NCBI RefSeq assembly: GCF_004010195.1
Contig: NC_057756.1
Coordinates: 8,786,921-8,850,920 of the forward strand
Source of the DNA: Chiloscyllium plagiosum
Taxonomy: Eukaryota
Reading direction: 5' to 3'
DNA: 64,000 nucleotides
Shown here: positions 35,408 to 48,505 of the stretch, one piece after another
Position numbering within the stretch: the first letter of the stretch is position 1
Layout: each line of letters begins with the position of its first letter
Position numbers and translations under genes: made by a program
The notes under the pieces: generated by a model
The model's database searches: none
Told to the model about the DNA's origin: nothing
What the model saw: the letters and a program-made list of their open reading frames with translations, nothing else

Positions 35408-36603
35408 GACAGAGCGGTATTCCCTCAGCACTGACCCTCCGACAGTGTGGCGTTCCCTCAGCACTAACCCTCTGACAGTGCGGCGCTCACCTCAGCACTG
35501 ACCCTCTGACGGTGCGGCACTCCCTCAGTACTGACCCTCCGACAGTGCGGCACTCCATCAGCACTGACCCTCCAACAGTGCGGCGCTCCCTCAGCACTAA
35601 CCCTCCGACAGTGTGGCGCTCACCTCAGCACTGACCCTCTGACAGTGCAGCACTCCCTCAGTACTGACCCTCCAACAGTGCGGCACTCCTTCAGCACTGA
35701 CCCTCCTACAGTGCGGCACTCCCTCAGCACTAACCCTCCGACAGTTCGGCGCTCACCTCAGCACTGACCCTCTGACAGTGCGGCACACCCTCAGTACTGA
35801 CCCTCCAACAGTGCGGCACTCCCTCAGTACTGACCCTCCAACAGTGCGGCACTCCCTCAGCACTGACCCTCCGAGAGTGCGGTGCTCCCTCAGCACTAAC
35901 CCTCTGACAGTGTGGCACACCCTCAGTACTGACCCGCCAACAGTGCGGCACTCCCTCAGCACTGACCCTCTGACAGTGCGGCGCTCACCTCAGCACTGAC
36001 CCTCCGACAGTGCGGTGCTCCCTCAGCACTAACCGTCTGACAGTGTGGCGTTCCCTCAGCACTAACCCTCTGACAGTGCGGCGCTCACCTCAGCACTGAC
36101 CCTCTGACTGTGCGGCACTCCCTCAGTACTGACCCTCCAACAGTGCGGCACTCCCTCAGCACTGACCCTCTGACAGTGCAGCGCTCACCTCAGCACTGAC
36201 CCTCCGACAGTGCGGCGCTCACCTCAGCACTAACCCTCCGACAGTGCGGCGCTCCCTCAGCATTAATCCTCCGACAGTGCGGCGTTCACCTCAGCATTGA
36301 CCCTCTGACAGTGCAGCACTCCCTCGGTATTGACCCTCCGACAGTGCAGTACTCCCTCAGCATTGACCCTCTGACAGTGCGCACTCCCTCAGTACTGATC
36401 CCCTCCGACAGTGCAGCGCTCACCTCAGCACTAACCCTCCGACAGTGCGGCGCTCCCTCAGCACTGACCCTCCTACAGTGCAGCGCTCACCTCAGCACTA
36501 ACCCTCCGACAGTGCAGCGCTCACCTCAGCACTAACCCTCCGACAGTGCGGCGCTCACCTCAGCACTGACCCTCCGACAGTGCGGCACTGCCTCAGTGCT
36601 GCC
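35408..36603 (+). repeat. 32-33-bp minisatellite (~36 copies)
   Basis: Unit CTCCCTCAGCACTGACCCTCCGACAGTGCGGCA/G with a few variant types (CTCACCTCAG, AGTACT, CTAACC) and no unique spacers. Confidence 0.95.
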
Positions 36604-38634
36604 CTCTGCTGTTTTATGTCTGTACATCCATCTTTGCTTTCTCCACTGTATATTTTGTCCAGCTTCCTGGAGGACTCCATTCACAGAAGTCAATGTAGTT
36701 TGAACCCCAGGATGTTTGAGCTGTGATGTGGAGATCTTTCTTACTGGAAATTCTGGAAAAAGCCTGGAGTCATGCGGAGAAGCAGCTATGAAAGATTGCT
36801 CAGGCACCAGGTGTATTGCGTTCCATTCCAGTCACCACCCCCTTTTGGAACGATGTTTCCACTTTGGAGAGGGGTTCAGAGCAGATTTACCAGAATGAAC
36901 CAAGGAATGAGGGAATTCCCTCCGTGTGAAGAGACTAGGAAAAGCTGGACTTGTTCTCTTTGGAGCCGAGTGGAGATTGAATTGGGAAGTTCAAAATCCC
37001 TGTAGGCGGGGTTTTGATTGAGTTAATGAAGGAGACACCATCTCTAGGAGCAGGAGGGTCAATCACCAGAGGGACATGGGTTGGAGAGAATTGGGAAAAG
37101 ACCCAGAGGAGTTGGGGGTGGAGTGGGAAGAGGGGGAGAATTTGCTTTTTTGACCTGGCGAGTTGGTGTTGTAATCTGGGATGTGCTGCCTGGAAGGGAG
37201 CGGATTCAACAGGATCTTTCAAACGTTGGGGAGGTGGGAGGGGGTAGAATTGGAAAAACACCCGAATGGGAAAGATTTGCAGGGCAGTGTGGGAAAGAGT
37301 TGGGCCAGTGGTCTCCTCTTGCGTTGTATTTTTGTGTGACGCGTGCACAAACGTTGAGCTAAAAGCATGTCCACACCGGTTCGAAATGAGTTTTTTTAAT
37401 GCTTGCTTATTGCGGCTGGATAATACCAGGAAATATATGTTGAAGACAAATTGACAGTGTTGACACTGAATCAATTGCATTTTTAAGTTATAAGATGGTT
37501 TTGCCCTCAGGCTGGTTAACATTTGAAATCACTCACAGGATCAGAGAATGTTGATTAAAACATTGAGAATGTTTCCAACATGTTGAGGCTATTCAGCCCA
37601 TCATGTCCATGACATATGGAAAGCCACAATTGAACCTGCCTCGAACACACTCTGAGGCAGCATATTCCAGACCCTCGTCACTTTCAGAAACAGGTTTGTT
37701 CTCACGTTGCCATTACTTCTATTGCATTCCATCTCAACTCCATATGATTATCAATCCTTGCACCAATGGGAACAATGTCTCCCTTTCTACTCTGCCCGGA
37801 CCCTTAGGACTTTCATCATTTCGATTGAATCTCTTCCCAGGACTTCCTTTCTCTGAGTAGAACCGTCCCAGCTTCTAAATGAAGTGAAATTCCCTACCTG
37901 TAACTCTCATATGTGATTTCAGGCAAAGGGTTGAGAGGGAAATCATGGGGTGATGTATTGTCACTGGACTGGTAAGCCCGAAGCTGTGGCGATGTTTAGA
38001 GGATGCAGTAATATTGCTGGATTAGTAATCCCTAACCCCAGGCTTTGGTCATGGGTTCAAATCCCACTTTGGTGAATGGTGAAATTTGAATTCAATAAAT
38101 TTCTAGAATAAAGAAAATTAGCCTAATGTTGATCTCCAATAATTGTTATTAAAAACACACCATCTTCACTAAGGCCCTTTAGGGAAGGAAATCTGCCTCC
38201 TGTATCTGGTCGGTCCTACATTTGACTACAGCGATGTGGTTGACTTGGAAATGTCTGTTCAGTTAAACCTAATCACTAGAAACTCTGAGAAAAGGAATGA
38301 AACCAGACAAACTAGCCGGCATTGACTAAGGCACTGGAAATGCCAATGGGCCACACTCCTCTGTCAATCCTGCAAGGTCCTCCTTTCTAACATTAGGGGG
38401 TTTGTGCCAAAATTGGGAGAGCTGTCCCACAGACTAGTCAAGCAACAGCCTGACATGGTCACCCCCCACGGAATCACAGACAATGTCCCAGGTACCTCCA
38501 CTCCAATGTTCCCTCAAAGCTACTCAACTGGGCAGCCCCTTGAAGGTCCCACACACATCCTTGACTTTCCCTTGCCGATGTCACTGCTATACACGGACCT
38601 CTGAGATTTAATCATCGACATTCCAGAGACTCAA

Positions 38635-41600
38635 CAAAGTGGTCTTGAAATAATGGATGCATTGGTGAATATCTTTCAAGATTGTATAGACTCCAGAACA
38701 GTTCCGATGGATTGGAGGGAAGCTAAAGTAACTCCACTACTTAAAAATGAAGCTTGGTAGAAAACTGGAAATAATTGACCATCAGCCTGACAGTGGCAGT
38801 GGGCAAAATATTAGAGTCCATCATCAAAGAGTTAATAGCAGAGCACCTGGAAAACAGTGACAAGATCAGACAAAGTCGGCATGGATTTACGAAAGGCAAA
38901 TGATGCTCAACAAATCTATGGGAATTCTGTTAGGATGTAAAGAGGGGAACCAATGGTTATTGATTCATAGAATCCCTACAGGGTGGAAAAAGACTATTTG
39001 GCCCAACAAGTCCAGATTGACCCTCTGAAGAGTAACCCACCCAGACCTGTTCCCCTACCTTATTACTCTACATTTACCCCTGACTAATACACCTATGCTA
39101 CACATCCCTGAACACTATGGGCAATTTAGCATGGCCAATACACCTACATTGGACATCTTTGGATTGTGGGAGGAAACCAGAGCACTGGGAGGAAACCCTC
39201 ACAGGCACAGAGAGAACGTGCAAACTTCACACAGACAGTCCCTGAGGCTGGAATCGAACCTGGATCACTGGCGCTATGAGGCAGCAGTGCTAACCACTGA
39301 GCTATGTATCACAGTCAGACACAGTACGGTTGCACCATAAGCCCAGGCTTGGTTTGTTTGGACTTTCAGGTAGCTTTCAACAAAAGATCAGTGTTTAAAA
39401 TTGAAGCGCGTGTGACTGAGGGTTGTGTATTGAGATGGAAAGAGAACTGGCAAATAAGAAACAACAGTGAGAATAAATGGGTAATTTTGCAAATGACATT
39501 CAGTGATTAATGGGGTACCAACAGGGCATCAGCGCTTGGACCCCAGTTATTCACAACATATATTAGTGATTGAGATGAGGCAGCTAAGTGTAAGTTTGCA
39601 GACAACATAGAGCTGGGTGAGATGGTGTATTCTGAGGGGGATACAGGGGCGCTTCACACTGATTTGAACAAGTTGAGTGAGTAGACAAGTGTATTGCAGA
39701 TGGATAAATGTGAATAAATTATCTGCTTTGGGAGCAAAAATAGAAATTATTATTATCTAAATTATGAGACTAAGGTCAGTACATTTGTGGATAGTGCCGA
39801 AGGATGTTGCAGGTTTCAGAGAGACACAGATAAGCTGCAGAGCTGGGCTGACAGGTGGCAAATGGAGTTTAATGCAGAAAAGTGTGAGGTGATTCACTTT
39901 GGAAGGAGTAACAGGCATACAGAGTACTGGGCTAATGGTAAGATTCTTGGTAGTGTGGATGAGCAGAGAGATCTTGATGTCCATGTACATAGATCCCTCA
40001 AAATTGCCACCCAGGTCGACAGGGTTGTTAAGAAGGCATACGGTGTGTTAGCTTTTAGTGTTAGAATGATTGAGTTTCGGAGCCATGAGGTCATGTTGCA
40101 CCTGTACAAAACTCTGGTGCGGCCGCAGTTGGAGTATTGCGTACAGTTCTGGTCGCCGCATTATCGGAAGGGTGTGGAAACATTGGAAAGGGTGCAGAGG
40201 AGATTTACCAGGATGTTGCCTGGTATGGAGGGAATGTCTTATGAGGAAAGGTTGAGAGAGGCCTGAGGCTGTTTTCGTTAGAGTGAAGAAGGTTGAGAGA
40301 TGACTTAATAGAGACATATAAGATGATCAGAGGATTAGATAGAGTGGACATTGAGAGCCTTTTTCCTCGGATGGTGATGGCTAGCATAAAGGGACATAGC
40401 TTTAAACTGGTGGATGATAGATATAGGACAGATGTCAGAGGTAGTTTCTTTACTCAGAGAGTTGTAAGGGCGTGGAATGCCCTGCCTGCAACAGTAATAG
40501 ACTCACCAACGTTACGGGCATTTAAATGGCCATTGGATAAAATATGGATCATAATGGAATAATGTAGGTTAGATGGGCTTCAGATTGGTTTCACACGTTG
40601 AGGGCTGAAGGGCCTGTACTGAGCTCGAATATTCTATGTCCCATCTACCTCTTTCATTTCCTATATGTTAACTTGGTGATTCACACTTCACATTTTTTAC
40701 ACAAAGTACTACATTTATTGCCCATTTATCCAGTTTATCCCTGTTTGCAGCCTCTGTAGCCCCCTCACAGCTTACTTTCCCACTGAGCTTTGTATCAGCA
40801 GCAAACTGGGACAATCCCACTCTATCCCCCCCCCATCTCAGTCACTGATATAGATTGTGAGTCACTGAGGTCCCAGCACTGATCCTTGCAGCGCCAGTTA
40901 CATCCTGACAACTGACAATGTTAGCTTTTTTTAGTAGAAGGATCGAGTTTCGGAACCATGAGGTCATGCTGCAGCTGTACAAAACTCTGGTGCATGCAGT
41001 TCTGGTCACTGCATTACAGGAAAGATGTGAAAGCTTTGGTAAGGGTTCAGAGGAGATTTACTCATATATTCCCTGGTTCGGAGGGAAGGTCTTACGAGGA
41101 AAGGCTGAGGGACTTCAGGCTGGTTTTGTTCGAGAGAAGAAGGTCGAGAGGTGACATAATTGAGACATACAAGATAATTACATAGTTAGATGGGGTGGAC
41201 AGTGAGATTCTTTTTCCTAGGATGGTGATGGCTAGCACAAGGGGACATAGCTTTAAATTGAGGGGTGATAGGTGTAGGACAAATGTCAGAGGTAGTTTCT
41301 TTACTCAGAGAGTAGTAGGGGGTGTGGAATGCACTGTCTGCAATGGTTGTAGGTTCATTAACTTTACGGGTACTTAAATGGTCATTAGATATGGACAAGA
41401 ATGGAATGGTGTAGGTTAGCTGGGCTTCAGATTAGTTTCATAGAGCTGCGCAACATCGAGGGCCGAAGGGCCTGTACTGCTCTGTAATGTTCTATGTTCC
41501 AGATTGGGAAGGGGGTAGGTGCAAAGAGACCAGGATGCCCTTGTACACCAGTTGCTGAAAGTAAGCGTAGAGGTGCAGCAGGTGGTGAGGAAGGCAGCTC

Positions 41601-42215
41601 CCTTCGTAGTGAGAGGATTGAAATACTGGAGCAGGAAGGTCTTGCTGCAATTGTACAGGTGAGACCACACCTGGGCTATTGTGTGCAGTTTTGGTTTCTC
41701 TATTCATGGAAGGATGTTCTAGCGATGGAGGAGTATACTAGACTAATTCATGGGATGCAGGGCAGATGTATGAAAAGAGTCTAGATTGGTTAGGGCTATG
41801 TTCGTTGGAGTTGAAGAGAATAGGAGCCGGGGTGGGGGTGGGGGGGTATTGGGGGCTGTGGGGTTGCGGGGATATCTTCTAGAAACCTATAAAACTCTAA
41901 CATGGTTAGATGCAGGAAAGATGTTCCCAATGGTGAGGAAGCCCAGAATCCATTGAAGGATATTGGGGTGGGCCAGTTAGGACTGAGATGAAGAGAAAAA
42001 TCTTCACCCAGAGAGTGGTGTGGGATTCCCTACCAGAGAGCAACTGAGGTTCAATCATTGAGTGTTTTCAAGATTGAGTTAGATATAGTTCTAAGCGCTA
42101 AAGGGATCAAAGGGAATGGGGAGAAAGCAGGGACTGGATACTGAGTTGGATGATCAGCCATGATCACATTGAATTACAGAACAAATGGCCAACTCCTGTG
42201 TCTCTATGACCTTCC
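38635..42215 (+). mobile_element. Nested stack of CR1 LINE fragments of different ages
   Basis: ORF 39787-40266 has WQMEFNAEKCEVIHFG and LYKTLVRPQLEYCVQFWSP. Young 3' ends lie at ~40640 and ~41500 inside an older copy. Confidence 0.9.
38965..39302 (-). mobile_element. HE1-type SINE
   Basis: Reverse CTCAGTGGTTAGCACTGCTGCC head and the GGCCATGCTAAATTG motif. Confidence 0.85.
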
Positions 42216-42221
42216 TTCAAT

Positions 42222-42530
42222 GCAGCAGCATGGTGGCTTAGAGGTTAGCACCGCTGTCTCATAGTGCCAGGGACCCGGGTTCGATTCCAGCCTTGGGTGA
42301 CTGTGTGGAGTTTGCACATTCTCCCCGTGTCTGTGTGGGTTTCCTCCGGGTGCTCTGAAGATGTGCAGGTTAGGGTGAATTGGCTGTGCTAAATTGTCCC
42401 ATATTGTTGAGGAAAGTATCGGTTAGGTGCATTAGTCATGGGAAATGTATGGGTCTGGGTGGGGTACTCTTAGGAGCATCAGTATGGACTTGTTGGGCCA
42501 AATGGCCTGTTTCCACACTGTAGGGATTCA
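42222..42530 (+). mobile_element. HE1-type SINE
   Basis: GGTGGCTTAGAGGTTAGCAC, GGTTCGATTCC B-box, and tail GGCCTGTTTCCACACTGTAGGGATTC. Confidence 0.88.
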
Positions 42531-45500
42531 ATGATGATTGTAAGGTCAGAAATGGGGAAGTTGGCTGATGGTTGCACAATGTTCAGCATCATTCGTGACT
42601 CCTCAGACACTGACTCTTTCAAAACAAAGTAAGAGCTGGATAAGGCTTGGGCTGGCAAGGGACAAGCAACATTGTCATTGCCTGGCACTTGTGTGATGCC
42701 AATCTCCAACTAACCATACTCTGATGTTCAATGGGGTTACCGTTGCTGAATTCCCCATTATCAACATCCTGAGGGTTACCATTGATCAGAAACTGATCTG
42801 GCATAGACTACAAGACCTGATTGGAGGCAGGCAATTCTTCAGAGAGTGACTCAACTCTTGTCTTCATAAGAGTTTGTCCATATTTCTATAACGCACGGAT
42901 CAGGAGTGTGGTGGAGTACTCTTCAACAACATTAAAGAAGTTTGACACCCTTCAAGGGTGACTTGCTTTGTATCAATGACTTCCAACATTCACTCCCACC
43001 ACTCATGATGTACAGTAGTAGCAGTGTGTACCAAATATAAGATGCATTGTTACAACTCAATAATATTCCTGAGGTGACCCCTTCTGTACTTGGGGCTTCT
43101 ACCACCTAGAAAGACAAAAATAGCAGATATAAGGTANNNNNNNNNNNNNNNNNNNNNNNNNNNNNNNNNNNNNNNNNNNNNNNNNNNNNNNNNNNNNNNN
43201 NNNNNNNNNNNNNNNNNNNNNNNNNNNNNNNNNNNNNNNNNNNNNNNNNNNNNNNNNNNNNNNNNNNNNNNNNNNNNNNNNNNNNNNNNNNNNNNNNNNN
43301 NNNNNNNNNNNNNNNNNNNNNNNNNNNNNNNNNNNNNNNNNNNNNNNNNNNNNNNNNNNNNNNNNNNNNNNNNNNNNNNNNNNNNNNNNNNNNNNNNNNN
43401 NNNNNNNNNNNNNNNNNNNNNNNNNNNNNNNNNNNNNNNNNNNNNNNNNNNNNNNNNNNNNNNNNNNNNNNNNNNNNNNNNNNNNNNNNNNNNNNNNNNN
43501 NNNNNNNNNNNNNNNNNNNNNNNNNNNNNNNNNNNNNNNNNNNNNNNNNNNNNNNNNNNNNNNNNNNNNNNNNNNNNNNNNNNNNNNNNNNNNNNNNNNN
43601 NNNNNNNNNNNNNNNNNNNNNNNNNNNNNNNNNNNNAGTTTCCGAAGGTGCAATTTGAACATAAGCAACATCTGGTTCGATTTCAGCTCATTGTCCATTC
43701 CCAGCTACGCCACTGTTTTCATTTTTTGAGAAGTAGTTTGTGTTCCACCGAAAGCTGCATTGTGTCAGACCAACTTGTGCGTGGGGACAGAGAGCGCGTG
43801 TAGAGCGCATGAAGTCGACACATGCGAATTCCACTCTGCTCAATTTTTGTCATCACAGTATTTCTGATTGCTTTTCAGAAGGAGAAAAAAAATGCTGGCA
43901 GGTAAATAATTTTCTCCCAAATGTTATTCATGTCAATATAAATCAAAAACTAAGGATGCTGTTTGGGAACTAAGTAGGCCGGGCCGCATCTATGTAGATA
44001 AACAAAGTTAATGTTTCAAATTGATCTGAGGACAAATGTGCTCCTTTGCCAGTGAAAGACACTGCTTCACAAGGTGGACCGATTGAACAGAAGCAGTCAT
44101 CGTGATGATCGTTGTTGGTTGGCTGCATTTTGAACTTTCTCGTGGATGCGCATGATCATGTTAACATCAGAATTCTGAAGAATGGGGGCGTTATGCATGT
44201 ACAGGGCCATTGGGCGCAACAGTTTTGGCTCTTGCTTCACGTGAGCGCAATTCACAGTCTCTTTATTTTTCCAACTCATCTTCGTCACTGTCCTGAAGCT
44301 GAGATGATGTTTGAGTCCCTGATCTGCAGCAAGGTGAATCTTTTCACTGTCTCATTACAGTAAATGCGTCCGAGAACTTTGGAGTCATTCTCACAGAGAT
44401 TGTCAGAGGAGGCAAAGCTGAAATACTCCCACACGTTGATCATGGGCACCTTTCCATTTCCCAAACCCACTGACTCAATCCCTGCGGCTCCCGTGAATGG
44501 AAAAGACACAAAACAACAAAATTCAGTCTCCAGTTTTGTGAGTCTTTCGAAATTCATTGGGAAGCGGAAGCAGAAAAAAAATGAAGGGTAACCCTGTCTG
44601 ACTGAGCAGAGTCAGACGGGGCAGCTTCCCCTTCGTTCAAATCAAAATCTGATGTTCTTGGGAACATTCACTGATCCAAGAGATTGAAAAGTTTCCCATC
44701 AGAGCTGCTCTGCTTCTGCTGTTGCCACTGTCAAGAACAATAAACCAGGATTCCCTGACGGGTATCAAAAATAGGCATTGGTGGTAAAAGCGTCGAATCC
44801 GAAACACTAGGCCACCAATGATAGAGGCAAAAGCTCCTCAGTAGTTTCTGAATGACACATCTTCTGGCTTTTGTTTTCATTGGAGACCAGTTTCTCCTCC
44901 AAAGTAGTGTAGTAAGTGTACTTTTACAACACAGAAAGAGGTCTATCTAGCATATGACCGGGAGCCTTGTGTTCAGCTCCGTTATAATTTCTGTAAAACG
45001 TGTTACTTTCTTTTCTGACTCTTCCTTTTGCTCCTAAGTTGTTGTACATGTGTTTGTAGACTGCATCGGTCCATTTCATTCCATATGTGGAGTAACAATT
45101 CGAACCAATTTGTTTAATTAACTGTGACCAATCATTATTCCGACGCATCTAGCTACTGTTGTTATGTGGAGGAGAACCACGTGAAAGTTTCAGTGAGAGG
45201 GTGAGATTTTTCTTCAGGGACGTATGTCCAAAACATCGCTTCTCTTACTCCTCAGATGCTGCATGACCTGCTGTGCTTTTTTAGCAACACATCATCGAGT
45301 CTCATGTCCAGCATCGGCAGTCCTCACTGTCTCCTCTCAATGCTTCATGAATATTACTGAATAGCTATTCTGGCTGTATCTGCACAAAATGACATATGTA
45401 CTCCTACTAGAACTCAGAATCAAAGTAAATGACCGATATGGATCTAAGTTGGATGTAAAGTGTGTCTTGGTGTGAAATTTGCATTTATTGTGTTGTGTTA

Positions 45501-45765
45501 TTTCTGATGCCCTTGTCATAGATTGTACTGTTTGATGTCAACGCCAATTCAATTGCATTGATGCGTGTACCCTGCATGTTGTTAATCTGAAACTACATCA
45601 GTGATATGTAATGCCTTATTATTGGATGCTGGGAAGCTGGCAGCAGTTCATCTTGTAGAAGCAGCAATGAACATTACTTGTGTAGAAGGTAAGTGTGGTC
45701 ACTTGGAGTCGGCTAACTCTCGTGTCCTGATGCATAACATTCGTTTTCTTCGCTTCTCCTTGCAG

Positions 45766-45975
45766 TTGACTTAGTGGAGATTGCCGTCCTGATCCAAGGT
45801 TAGTGTGGTCTCTCCAGATGTATGATTTGCCCCCTCATGGCCATAGCAACGGCAGATGTATTGGTGGTCGTCCTCGATCTGATATTCAGACATAGCCCTA
45901 TTCTTTAGCCAGAACACTTAATTTGCCTGGAAGACACAGATGTGTGCATCGTTCATGCTGCACTGCTTTATACAG
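45766..45975 (+). pseudogene. GPR139/GPR142-like GPCR pseudogene fragment (TM1-TM3)
   Basis: Acceptor cttctccttgcag|, then (V)DLVEIAVLIQG*CGLSRCMICPLMAIATADVLVVVLDLIFRHSPIL*...VCIVHAALLY. This matches the recalled shark GPR139-like pattern NL..I.IL.RG.CGLS.C...YL.AMA.AD. It has two in-frame stops and is truncated. Confidence 0.75.
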
Positions 45976-46959
45976 GAGACAGCAATGCGGAGGATTCTGG
46001 AAACATCGAAATAAAGAGTAGAAGTCGATCCAATAAATTACTGTTTTCCATTTCTGATAAGTCTACAAAGGTCTGGACAATTCTTACTGTGTGGTCTATT
46101 CTTGAAAGGTTGAGGGGTCTTTTTATTGGGTTGTTCATTCCTNNNNNNNNNNNNNNNNNNNNNNNNNNNNNNNNNNNNNNNNNNNNNNNNNNNNNNNNNN
46201 NNNNNNNNNNNNNNNNNNNNNNNNNNNNNNNNNNNNNNNNNNNNNNNNNNNNNNNNNNNNNNNNNNNNNNNNNNNNNNNNNNNNNNNNNNNNNNNNNNNN
46301 NNNNNNNNNNNNNNNNNNNNNNNNNNNNNNNNNNNNNNNNNNNNNNNNNNNNNNNNNNNNNNNNNNNNNNNNNNNNNNNNNNNNNNNNNNNNNNNNNNNN
46401 NNNNNNNNNNNNNNNNNNNNNNNNNNNNNNNNNNNNNNNNNNNNNNNNNNNNNNNNNNNNNNNNNNNNNNNNNNNNNNNNNNNNNNNNNNNNNNNNNNNN
46501 NNNNNNNNNNNNNNNNNNNNNNNNNNNNNNNNNNNNNNNNNNNNNNNNNNNNNNNNNNNNNNNNNNNNNNNNNNNNNNNNNNNNNNNNNNNNNNNNNNNN
46601 NNNNNNNNNNNNNNNNNNNNNNNNNNNNNNNNNNNNNNNNNNNNNNNNNNNNNNNNNNNNNNNNNNNNAGCGGAACGCACTGACACACTTCGTGCATTCT
46701 GAAAGATACAGACTGCCAGAAGGAATCTACTATCTGGAAATATGCCTGTACTATTGGCTTTATCACAGGCAGGTTAATATCAAATCGGAAATCATTTTAG
46801 TGTGGACTTTTATTTCATCTCCCCCAGAATTCAGTTCAGGGGAACCAGCCACCACATCAGTTGTGGTGACTCGTCCGTGTATCTCAACACACAAGAGTGG
46901 TTCGGAGGATAATCTGTGCAATGGGATTCATGAAAAAATTAAAACTCTGAAAACCGGTG

Positions 46960-47720
46960 GCAGAGTCAGAAAGTCACAGCGTTTTTCAACACGGAAATGG
47001 AACCTTCACTCAAACCCACTCATGCCAAAAAGATGACCAAATTAATCTCGTTCCATTTGTCAGCATTTGGATCAAATCTATCAAACGATTCCACTTCATT
47101 ATGTAATAATGCCAGCCTCCAGTATATACTCTCTGGCATCTCATTCCTTACACACACCATGCTCTATTGAAACAGATGCCCCTTTGCTACCATTCAAGTC
47201 CTTCCACTCTCATCTTGGTTCTATGTTCTCTTGCTTTGAAATACCGAACAAGGGGTGGGGGATGGCGGAAGTGAGGTGGGGAAGACTTTGGATCATCACT
47301 CTATCCAAGCCCCCGATGATTTTATGTTCTCTGTAAGGTCACCCCTCAGCCTCTGGCGCTCCAGGGAAAATAGCTGTTGCCTACTCAGCATCTCGCTGTA
47401 GCTCAAACCCTCCAGCCTTGGAAACATCCTTGTGAATCTTTTCCAAACCTTGTCAAGTTTAACATTTTTCTGATAGGAGCAACATAAAAATAGCCTGACC
47501 AATGTCCCGGATTGCTCTAAGATGATCTTTCACCTCCAATACTCAATGTACTAATACACAACAGCAAGGATACGAAAAGGCCTTCTTCATGAACCTGTTT
47601 ACATGTGATTCGAATTTCAAGGAACTATCGACCCTCCCTCCAAGGTCGCTTTACTCAACAACGCTCCTTAGGATCTTTCCAGTCAGTGTATAAGTACTAC
47701 CGTGATTTGCCTTACCAGGG
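46960..47720 (-). mobile_element. Diverged CR1 LINE 3' fragment
   Basis: ORF 47296-47502 contains RFTRMFPRLEGLSY and LFSLERQRLRGDL. Confidence 0.75.
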
Positions 47721-48179
47721 TGGTATATTGAATAGTGTCTATGTTAACGCAAGACGTGTCAGAAATAATGCTAATTAACCTTGTGCATGGGCACGTTTGT
47801 GGAGCTACTATGCTGTGGCCTTTATGTAGACTTGAATATCACCGTGGTAGGAATTTCCTTTTGATGTTCTTTGGTTTTGATATTTGATATTTCAAAAGCA
47901 ACAGGAAGAAAGTTAAAGAGGTAGAGAGGAAGGTAAAAGAGGTAGGGAGGATGACATTAATCATCAGGGATCTGAGAAAGTGAGGTCGTTAAAACGGGTT
48001 TGTCTATTGAGTCAATATGGGTAGACGTCAGAAACAAGAAGGGACCCCAGTGACTTGATGTGGAGTTTTCCATAGACACAATTGTAAGAGACACAGAGGA
48101 GCTGATTAGGAGGCAGATTTTAGTAATTTGCAGAAGCAACAGGATTGTTGTCACAGATGATTTCCACTTCCCTAATATT

Positions 48180-48505
48180 GGGGCGGCATGGTCGCTCAGT
48201 TGTTTGCACTACTGCCTCACAGCGCCAGGGACCCGGGTTCAATTCCCGCCTCAGGCAACTGTCTGTGTAGAGTTTGCACATTCTCCCCGTGTCTGCGTGG
48301 TTTTCCTCCGGGAGCCACAGTCTCCTCCTACAATCCGAAGACCTGCAGGTTAGGTGAAATGGTCATGCTAAATTGTTCGTAGATTTAGGTGCATTAGTCC
48401 GGGATAAAGTAGGGGAATGGGTCCGGGTGGGTTACTCTCCAAAGAGTCGGTATGGACTTGTTTTGCCGAGGGGCCTGTTTCCACGCTGTAGCGAATCGAA
48501 TCTAA
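48180..48505 (+). mobile_element. HE1-type SINE
   Basis: GGGGCGGCATGGTCGCTCAG head, GGTTCAATTCC B-box and CR1-like tail. Confidence 0.85.

Noticed and set aside
35408-36603. CRISPR-like array, or the ORFs crossing it
   Set aside because: Head-to-tail units without unique spacers in a vertebrate context. The ORFs are repeat artefacts.
46670-46930. First exon of another GPR139-like gene (IYYLEICLYYWL)
   Set aside because: Only vague similarity, the start is hidden by a gap, and no matching downstream exon was found.
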